Part shown: positions 25,055-32,295 of the stretch, piece by piece
How positions within the stretch are numbered: position 1 is the first letter of the stretch
Layout of the letters: each line of letters opens with the position of its first letter
Made by a program: the position numbers and the translations under genes
NCBI GenBank assembly: GCA_041907605.1
Contig: JAYRGZ010000005.1
Location: 1-48,859, forward strand
DNA: 48,859 nucleotides
Source: Minisyncoccota bacterium
GTDB lineage: Bacteria; Patescibacteriota; Minisyncoccia; Phycocordibacterales; UBA9973
Reading direction: 5' to 3'
The notes under the pieces: model-generated
What the model was told of the DNA's origin: nothing
The model's input: only the letters and a program-made list of their open reading frames with translations
The model's database searches: none

Positions 25055-26406
25055 TTAGCCGGAGAAACTACTGGTTCTTCTATCGTAGGCGTTACCCTTA
25101 AGTCGTATTCCCAAAGAATACTGCTTTTTTTATCCACAAAAAACAAGTATGAAAGTGTTGGATCAACTTGGAGTTTTGTACCGTCAACAGTGGTACCCGT
25201 AATACTTGAAGGATTAAACAATACATTAGTTGTTATACTATCCCCTATTGTTATTTTCCAAAAAGAATCATTAAAACCTACAAGGCCCTGGTACCAACTA
25301 TCTGGATAAATACCAGGAGATAGTGCATCAGGTACAGCACAAAATACTGCGCTACTATCTGCTACCCAAACACACTTTTCAGGAAGTGTTTTTAATCCAA
25401 TATTTGTAGTAATTCTTGTGGAAATATCGTATACGTATGTTTCAATTGTATTTCCTGTCGTTTGTGAGTATAAAACCTTTTTCCCGTCTGGTGAAACAAG
25501 AGTTGTCAGTCCATAAATATCACCAAGCGTACGGACATTGGATTTTGTAGTTGTGTCTAATATATATAAATAACCAGTACTGTAACCCGATGCTTTTGTT
25601 GTGAGAGCAACTTTTTTGGAATCAATCCACTGTGATAACCATTCATAATAGGGTGATGTGAACACATCTATTTTTTTTGTTCCGTCAATATTTGCAGTGC
25701 TGCCGACGACATTTCCCGTTAAATAAGAAAGATAAAATATTTTTTTGGAGTCCGGAGAAACACTCAAATCCAAAATATTCTGAGGCAAAAAAGATCCAGA
25801 AAGTTCTAGATTTTGTTCTACTAAACCCAGAGTGTCTTTTGGAATATTTGCGAAGTATGTATCGATTGTTTTATTGTCTTCATCCAAATACCTTAGAAGT
25901 GTTTGTGTGGCTGAGTTGCCATAAAAAGATTCGTAAACTCTAGGAATTGTTGTATTCGTTATACGAGAATCTTTTAATGTATCAGCAAAAATATCAAAGA
26001 TATTTGCTGTAGCTTTTTCTCCGTATCTTACAGCTAAAACCTTCTCTGTTTTAGGTACACTTACAGTAGATGTACCCTGATCCACGGTCACTTGTGGTGT
26101 TGTCTCAATATATCTTTCCTTATCAAAAATTACATATCCAGAAACTGGATTATTAGATAGCTGGTGAAGTTTTACAACCTCAGGCGTAGGTTCTGGCTCT
26201 GGTGTTGGCTCTGGTTCTGGAGCTGGAGTCGGTTTATTTGCTTCGTCTATCTCACCCCCTTTCCCGAAAGGAAAAAAATCTTTGAGCGTAGTTGCTACAT
26301 TGCCAGTATCTGTACCATTTTTTTGAGAAAAAAAGTAAAAATATGTACCGATTCCTAAGATTAGTATAAGTATAATTATTAATATGAGAATTAATTTTCT
26401 AGACAT
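25051..26406 (-). CDS. Membrane-anchored beta-propeller-like protein (TolB/PD40-like repeats), T4SS-like locus gene 10
   Basis: N-terminal TM segment (LILILIIILILILGIG), PEPEPTPEPEPTPE linker, and repeated SPD(S/G)KK(I/V)(F/L)Y motifs. Confidence 0.6.
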   Translation of the reverse strand: MSRKLILILIIILILILGIGTYFYFFSQKNGTDTGNVATTLKDFFPFGKGGEIDEANKPTPAPEPEPTPEPEPTPEVVKLHQLSNNPVSGYVIFDKERYIETTPQVTVDQGTSTVSVPKTEKVLAVRYGEKATANIFDIFADTLKDSRITNTTIPRVYESFYGNSATQTLLRYLDEDNKTIDTYFANIPKDTLGLVEQNLELSGSFLPQNILDLSVSPDSKKIFYLSYLTGNVVGSTANIDGTKKIDVFTSPYYEWLSQWIDSKKVALTTKASGYSTGYLYILDTTTKSNVRTLGDIYGLTTLVSPDGKKVLYSQTTGNTIETYVYDISTRITTNIGLKTLPEKCVWVADSSAVFCAVPDALSPGIYPDSWYQGLVGFNDSFWKITIGDSITTNVLFNPSSITGTTVDGTKLQVDPTLSYLFFVDKKSSILWEYDLRVTPTIEEPVVSPAN

Positions 26407-26408
26407 TT

Positions 26409-27497
26409 TTACTGAATGATCACTTTTATACCACTAAACATGTATGGGGCGAGTAATACTAGATCATCGTTGAACATTCTAATACATCCATTTGTTGTTC
26501 CCAAAGTATTGTTTTGGTTTGAGTGAAATCCTATAGAACGATTTACACCACCCAGGGTTATGCCTGTATTTATAAAGGCTGCTCCAAAATTATAATATGA
26601 ATCACTATATGCTAATACCCCACTGTTTTGATCCTTTGCTATACGCCGGTCGCTTGATATATAGCTTGTACCCTTTGGAGTTCTGCTATCACCTAAAGAG
26701 GGTTTTGGGCTACCGTTTGGGTCAGATACTCCCTTGTACCCAATGTTTATTGGCACAGTTACTGTTTTTACCTCAGTCCCTTTTATTGCATGAAACAGTG
26801 CTTTATTTGATGCGCTATTAGGAGCGACAGCGGTAATTGTTATTGTATCGATTTTTCCACCGCTTTTTAAGAAATCTGAAAAATCACTAACACCCGTACT
26901 TGCTTGTGGGCTAGTGAAAGAGCCCTTCATCGCAAAAGGGTTACCAGAATTACCAGTTGAAGAAGGTAGGGTCCCGTTTACGGGTGGGTTTTGTGCCATT
27001 TGTTCTGTAAATTTATAATTTGTCTCATCTAAATTAACCACTATGTTTTGTGGGACAACAGAAGAAAAATTAATATCAAGTAGGTGTGGATTTATGGTGT
27101 TAAGAATTAAATATGCTCCTAAGGCTAGAATTAATCCACCCACAGCCCTAGTTACGGTTTCCTTACCTCCCTCCTTGCCTGATACGGCGTCTGTAGACAT
27201 ATATTGTACTCCACCCAAAATTATCATTATCACAGCCAGGATACCTATAATCCCCATTATTATTTTAAATATTGTTTTTATATATCCAGGCAAGTCGTTT
27301 AGATCAATCTGTGTAATATCACTTCCCCCATTTGGGTTCGGTAGTGGCTCCAGTAAACAGTATTGTCCATCAGGACAATTTACAGTAGACGATGGTTGTG
27401 GAGTTTGTGGTGTAACTGTTTGGATTTGAGCAGAAACAATCGTATAGCCAGCAAGTAGTTGTATAAAAAATGTAATAATTATTATGAATTTTTTCAT
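26409..27497 (-). CDS. Fusion protein: signal peptide plus VirB2/TrbC-type T4SS pilin-like two-TM module plus C-terminal YkuD L,D-transpeptidase-fold domain
   Basis: Pilin-like region: LLEPLPNP...IKTIFKIIMGIIGILAVIMIILGGVQYM...AVGGLILALGAYLILNTINPHLL. YkuD signature: TPKGTSYI ... IGFHSNQNNTLGTTNGCIRMFNDD, with GCIRMF encoded at about 26472-26489. Confidence 0.65.
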   Translation of the reverse strand: MKKFIIIITFFIQLLAGYTIVSAQIQTVTPQTPQPSSTVNCPDGQYCLLEPLPNPNGGSDITQIDLNDLPGYIKTIFKIIMGIIGILAVIMIILGGVQYMSTDAVSGKEGGKETVTRAVGGLILALGAYLILNTINPHLLDINFSSVVPQNIVVNLDETNYKFTEQMAQNPPVNGTLPSSTGNSGNPFAMKGSFTSPQASTGVSDFSDFLKSGGKIDTITITAVAPNSASNKALFHAIKGTEVKTVTVPINIGYKGVSDPNGSPKPSLGDSRTPKGTSYISSDRRIAKDQNSGVLAYSDSYYNFGAAFINTGITLGGVNRSIGFHSNQNNTLGTTNGCIRMFNDDLVLLAPYMFSGIKVIIQ

Positions 27498-27498
27498 C

Positions 27499-28491
27499 TT
27501 ATTTTAAATTAATTTTTATTATCTCTTTACTTGCTTGGAATAATTTTGAAATATTCTTTATTTCAAGCGAAATATCTGATACACCTACACCACCACTCTT
27601 TATTGTCAGAATATTTTTTGTTTCAGGAACTGGAATAACTGAGTTGTTAATTTTCCATGTATATTGAAGGTCTCGAGACAACTTATTGCCCGGTGAAAAG
27701 AAAAATGGTTCTGCAACAATGGTCTTTTCACCACTATCTATTAAAAAACCATTCTCCAGAGTCTTTTCGTATTTTATACCAAGGAGAGGATCTTTCTCGT
27801 AGAATAGGATTTTGGGAGTGTAAGGTTTTAGATTTATTGTTTTTTTTGCAACACTACCCGTTGTTGTGTTTGTAGCCACAACACTGAATTGTTCTATTGG
27901 ATTAAGATAATTTAGTTTTATATTGATACTGTTTTTGTTATACCCAGAGGCGTCTTGTAAACTATTAAAATTCTTTTTCCAATTGTATATGACACCGCTT
28001 TGTTGTGTAGATGTAGAAAATACAGGCATGGCAACTATTTTAATAATACCCTCTGAACCCGGTAATGATTTACCACGATAAAATGGTGGCACTGTAGAAT
28101 CGATTGCTTGCCACAAGAGATCTACCTGGGATGGTTTAATTATTATTTGTTTTGAGAGAGAGCTTGAGCCAAAAACTATCTTGGCTACCACTGTCTTAGA
28201 TGCCCCAGGCCCAGGAGCGTCTAGGCTAAATTGTTTCGCCCCTACACCCGCAAGGGCAGAACTACCATTAACAATCCAAGTTATTGTTGCATTATTTAGG
28301 TCAATAGCGTAACTGACTAGTTTGATTGTTACACTTTTATACGGTTCAGGTACGTCTGGAACAGTTTCAATAGCGATATCTGATTGCACCAACTGAGCTA
28401 GTGCCAAATAAGGATAAGTATATAGTGATAATATTACTATTCCGAAAAAAAAGAGCTTCTTTACTTTGTAGATGAAAGACCATAGTTTCAT
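27499..28491 (-). CDS. Exported beta-rich protein with three internal Ig-like repeats (hypothetical), T4SS-like locus gene 8
   Basis: Signal/anchor KKLFFFGIVILSLYTYPYLALAQ. Recurring ...(T/N)W(I/K)(V/K/I)N... segments occur about 95 aa apart. Confidence 0.6.
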   Translation of the reverse strand: MKLWSFIYKVKKLFFFGIVILSLYTYPYLALAQLVQSDIAIETVPDVPEPYKSVTIKLVSYAIDLNNATITWIVNGSSALAGVGAKQFSLDAPGPGASKTVVAKIVFGSSSLSKQIIIKPSQVDLLWQAIDSTVPPFYRGKSLPGSEGIIKIVAMPVFSTSTQQSGVIYNWKKNFNSLQDASGYNKNSINIKLNYLNPIEQFSVVATNTTTGSVAKKTINLKPYTPKILFYEKDPLLGIKYEKTLENGFLIDSGEKTIVAEPFFFSPGNKLSRDLQYTWKINNSVIPVPETKNILTIKSGGVGVSDISLEIKNISKLFQASKEIIKINLK

Positions 28492-28533
28492 GTCTACATA
28501 TTATATACCAAATAAGCCCCATCAAAAACAGGG

Positions 28534-30369
28534 CTATTTACCAGTTGTTGCACTCTCTAAATCCTCCTTTGCTTTTTTGATTGCAAGGATCTGTGAAGGA
28601 TCCGATGTGATTATTTGTTCTTCTGTGTACGATGCTATGATTTTTATTGCTACGTGTTTTAGTCCTGCAAAGAATATTCCCTCACCCACACCAGATTCAA
28701 GCAGAAGATATTTTTCCTCGTCTGTGAGATGAAAGGTTTCTTGAACCTTATCAATCGAACTTGGAGATTGCTTAAGAAGTATCTGAATTGATGAGTTTGT
28801 CACAATTGGCACACCGTACTGGCTTTTCATGAAGTCGTCGATATTTTGAGTAATTGTAGATAGTCCCAAATAATATTTTCTACCACGTTTAGCAATACTA
28901 TAAAGAAATGATGCAGTATCCTCAGACTTCATCATAATCCAAGCCTCATCCACTACTAAAAGTCGCTTCTTTAGGTTTTTTCTTATTGCGTTCCAAATAA
29001 AGTGAGTAACAATATACATTGCTACGGGTTTCAATTCATCCTCCATGTCACGAATTGAAAAGACAATTAGTTTCTTATTGATGTCTACATTTGATGGCTG
29101 ATTGAGAAACGTTGCCCAAGATCCCTTGGTGTACTTTGATAGTCTCGCTAATATTGAATCTGTTCCCTGCATACCAGCTAGTACCATTTCCAAATCAGAG
29201 AGAAGCGGTGGCTCAATATTAGAAAAGTCAGACTCGGGAGTTATATCTTTCAATGCATACGTTTCAGATATTGCTCTATCAATCACCGAATCTTCTTCTG
29301 GCGTAAGACCCCCGAGCATTATACGAAACAATCCCACAAGACTTATGACGTTTGAGCGAAGTACATCAGCAGCAGTTTCATCCTCTCGTGGCATTGGCAG
29401 ATCGAAAGGATTTATATGATGATCTGATGAAAGAGCAATGTTGAAGTATCTTCCTCCTACTGCTTCTGCTAAATATTCGTATTCTCTTTCGGGATCAATT
29501 ACTATTACGTCCGTATCAAACATAAGAGTTCTCAAAATCTCTAATTTAGTAGTGAAGGATTTACCTGATCCAGAGGTTGCAATTGTAACTGAATTGTAAT
29601 TTTCTAGAGAGAAACGATCGAAAATAATTAAGGATGAGTTGTGTCTGTTTATACCATATAGAATTCCCTTGTCTGAAGTAAGGTCAAATGAAACAAATGG
29701 GAAAATTGAGGATAATGGTTCAGAATTTAGTTTCTGATGGACGTTTATCAGGTCTGTTCCAATTGGTATTACACTCTTTAAACCATCTTCTTGTTGGAAT
29801 AATGCTGGTTTTAGATAAACAAGTTTTGCCTCAAGGATTGATTTGATCTCGTTCTCCGTTTTGTATAGTTCCGTCTCATTGTCAGCATAGATTGTAATAT
29901 AAAGTCCAACATCAAACATTTTCTCTTGAGCTTGTTGTAGTGAGTCACGAAGAGATTCTAGATCACGAAAAGCAGTATCAAGCATTGGATCACGCACTAG
30001 GCCTTTTGATTCACGTACATTAATCTGACTTTGAACTTCCGCAACTTTTTTCTGGAACTGTCTGAGTATCTTTGTGGTCTCAATAGGATGAATAAATATT
30101 GAAACATCAAAAATTTTATCCAGATTAATAATAGGTGAAAACCAATTATCTGATAGAAATCTTGGATATGAAATAACGAAGAATGTACGAGCGAGTTTGT
30201 CTCCTAGGTTTAGCGTTTTAGGCTCAACCCTTATTGCAGATGGTGCAATGATATCGCGGAACTCAAGTGTAGCCGCCTGGTAGATCTCTGATGGTAATAC
30301 AGGTAAAATTCCCTCAGTACTTCCACTTTTCTTTTTCTTTCCCCCAAATAATGAATCAAATATTCCCAT
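28534..30369 (-). CDS. virB4: VirB4/TrbE/PrgJ-family type IV secretion ATPase
   Basis: The N-terminal domain RDIIAPSAIRVEPKTLNLGDKLARTFFVISYP is typical of Gram-positive VirB4. Walker A TIATSGSGKSF is at about 29556-29582. Walker B is RLLVVDEAW. Confidence 0.9.
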   Translation of the reverse strand: MGIFDSLFGGKKKKSGSTEGILPVLPSEIYQAATLEFRDIIAPSAIRVEPKTLNLGDKLARTFFVISYPRFLSDNWFSPIINLDKIFDVSIFIHPIETTKILRQFQKKVAEVQSQINVRESKGLVRDPMLDTAFRDLESLRDSLQQAQEKMFDVGLYITIYADNETELYKTENEIKSILEAKLVYLKPALFQQEDGLKSVIPIGTDLINVHQKLNSEPLSSIFPFVSFDLTSDKGILYGINRHNSSLIIFDRFSLENYNSVTIATSGSGKSFTTKLEILRTLMFDTDVIVIDPEREYEYLAEAVGGRYFNIALSSDHHINPFDLPMPREDETAADVLRSNVISLVGLFRIMLGGLTPEEDSVIDRAISETYALKDITPESDFSNIEPPLLSDLEMVLAGMQGTDSILARLSKYTKGSWATFLNQPSNVDINKKLIVFSIRDMEDELKPVAMYIVTHFIWNAIRKNLKKRLLVVDEAWIMMKSEDTASFLYSIAKRGRKYYLGLSTITQNIDDFMKSQYGVPIVTNSSIQILLKQSPSSIDKVQETFHLTDEEKYLLLESGVGEGIFFAGLKHVAIKIIASYTEEQIITSDPSQILAIKKAKEDLESATTGK

Positions 30370-30370
30370 A

Positions 30371-31018
30371 TTATTGTGTTGGCACTTTTATTGATCCGGT
30401 AGTTTCTCCAGGATTAAATATTTTATAGAATAATTCTATTGCCTCCTCGGTTCCTAGCTGTACCGTGCGTACTCCTACACGGGATAACCCCTGTTGAACT
30501 ACACCGATACGCTGTTCAAGTTGGGTACGTTTTTCCTCAAATTCATATATGCTGTCTTTTTTCTTCTCCTCTGTTTTTTGTTTTGAGCCGAAAAGCCCTT
30601 TGCTTATTGTTCCTTGTGTGGATAGTGGTGCTGCGCTATATGGAACCACAACAATAAAACTTTTTGTCATTATTGCTACTTGGTCTGTAAAGTCACGAAT
30701 AAACCCCATGTATTCTTTTGTTTGCACCTTCAATAGTGGTTCTGTGAGCTCTTTTAGCCTACCCTCTAGCAAAATTAAATAAGGTCTAATGTCTAATCTC
30801 CGTGACTCCACAACAATTTGAACAGAAAAATCCAACGAATTCAAAAATGTTTGAAATTGTGCAAGTGTTGCGTTTTGCTCGTCAAAGGATTTTAAAGATA
30901 AATTTACAGACGAGGCAAGCAGAAGAGCACGCATACTACCATCTTTTAGTATTACAATTCCATCGCGGACTTCTTTTATTGGTACAAAGTCTTGTGTTGC
31001 AGAAGCGCTAATTGCCAT
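30371..31018 (-). CDS. T4SS-associated protein resembling a free-standing VirB4 N-terminal domain (hypothetical)
   Basis: QDFVPIKEVRDGIVILKDGSMRALLLASSVNLSLKSFDEQ...FSVQIVV recalls the N-terminal fold of Gram-positive VirB4-type ATPases. No NTPase motifs. Stop is 1 nt before virB4. Confidence 0.4.
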   Translation of the reverse strand: MAISASATQDFVPIKEVRDGIVILKDGSMRALLLASSVNLSLKSFDEQNATLAQFQTFLNSLDFSVQIVVESRRLDIRPYLILLEGRLKELTEPLLKVQTKEYMGFIRDFTDQVAIMTKSFIVVVPYSAAPLSTQGTISKGLFGSKQKTEEKKKDSIYEFEEKRTQLEQRIGVVQQGLSRVGVRTVQLGTEEAIELFYKIFNPGETTGSIKVPTQ

Positions 31019-31047
31019 ATGTATAGTATATATTATTTATCATTTTT

Positions 31048-31464
31048 CTAACCCTTTTTTTCTACATCTAATACATCTAAACTCCAGGATATATCCTTTA
31101 GTTTTGAAGAAGATAATTTTGGAATATAATTTTCAACAGGAGATTCTTGTACCGCTGTCTGTTTTTTCTCATCGTTTTTCTTTACTTTACGCATTTTCCA
31201 TACATATAATTTTGACTGAAACAAATAGACAAAATATGATTGAAGGATAAAAACAAAAGGCTTCCCATTCACTTTATAAAAAGTTAAAGCACCGGCTAGA
31301 CCTAAGACCGGTATTATAAGTGGGATAGCTATAAATATTGGTAGAGTTCTGTATAAAACAAAAGCGCCGCCAGCCCCACCCAGAAGATAGAGAAATTGTT
31401 TAAAAGAGAAAGGGCCGAATATTTTGTCTTCTATATCAATGAATTGAGGAACCTGAAATTGCAT
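31048..31464 (-). CDS. PrgI-family (VirB3-like) membrane protein
   Basis: MQFQVPQFIDIEDKIFGPFSFKQFLYLLGGAGGAFVLY plus a second TM segment. This pattern and the position upstream of VirB4 match PrgI/VirB3 analogues. Confidence 0.65.
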   Translation of the reverse strand: MQFQVPQFIDIEDKIFGPFSFKQFLYLLGGAGGAFVLYRTLPIFIAIPLIIPVLGLAGALTFYKVNGKPFVFILQSYFVYLFQSKLYVWKMRKVKKNDEKKQTAVQESPVENYIPKLSSSKLKDISWSLDVLDVEKKG

Positions 31465-31489
31465 ATAGTGTTTATTGTACTATATTTTC

Positions 31490-31526
31490 CCATATAAAGA
31501 ACCGCTTAGAGCGGTTCTTTATATGG
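31490..31526 (-). terminator. 16-bp perfect hairpin overlapping the stop codon of the 251-aa gene (intra-locus terminator or RNA stability element)
   Basis: CCATATAAAGAACCGC-TTAGA-GCGGTTCTTTATATGG. The TAA stop (31506-31508 on the minus strand) lies in the loop. No clear U tract follows on the minus strand. Confidence 0.5.
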
Positions 31527-32261
31527 ATCACTACTTTTCTGCGAAGGATTTACGGGTGGTGTTGGTGTATAAGTCGTTTCTTTTTTGGGCGTACTCACTA
31601 TTCCACCTAGTTTATCTCCTACAATATTTCCAGTACTTGGTGCTGTCGGTGGGGTTGGCATGTTTTTCATAACTCCAGGTGCAGGTGGTACCGGTATTGT
31701 CGGGGTGGTTGGTGTTGTTTGTTTGATTGGATTTAGTATCACCGGCTCGCTCTTAGGCGGATTTTCTATACCACTTATAGCATCTAGACGACTTTCAATA
31801 TTAGCAGGCGCTTTTGTCTCAGTATTACTCTCTATAGAGATACCAGCTTTCGCAAGAATTTGTGTTCCAGTGTCTGTTGGTTTTGTTTCTGTTCCTCGTG
31901 GTGCTTCTGTGTTTGCTTTTGCCTCGTATACTTTTTTTAGGGACTCTCTTATTGGCACAAAGACTTGATCACTAATATCTTTCACTAATCCGTCAATCAT
32001 TTTATCGTCATCAATTTTCAACTCCACCTGCAATTCATCTCTGAAATCATCTGGAGGAGTCATACCTAAAAGCACCATTGTTGTCTCTAATTCAATTGTA
32101 CCCAACTGCTCGTATGTTAGTTTGTTTTTCTTTGCTATTTCGTATAGTTTTAGCTGGTACTCGCTCGAAGTAATGACACCCTGTATGTCTTCGGGAAGTA
32201 GAGAGAAACGTTTTTGCATTTCTATTTTTACATCTTCAAATTGGTCTTGTTCTTCTGCCAT
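31506..32261 (-). CDS. Hypothetical protein with acidic N-domain and Pro/Thr-rich C-terminus, T4SS-like locus gene 4
   Basis: 251-aa ORF with no signal peptide. The C-terminal half is rich in P/T (PTTPTIPVPPAPG...). Confidence 0.55.
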   Translation of the reverse strand: MAEEQDQFEDVKIEMQKRFSLLPEDIQGVITSSEYQLKLYEIAKKNKLTYEQLGTIELETTMVLLGMTPPDDFRDELQVELKIDDDKMIDGLVKDISDQVFVPIRESLKKVYEAKANTEAPRGTETKPTDTGTQILAKAGISIESNTETKAPANIESRLDAISGIENPPKSEPVILNPIKQTTPTTPTIPVPPAPGVMKNMPTPPTAPSTGNIVGDKLGGIVSTPKKETTYTPTPPVNPSQKSSDPYKEPL

Positions 32262-32295
32262 ATATTAGTTTTATTATATCATGCACATTATTTTT

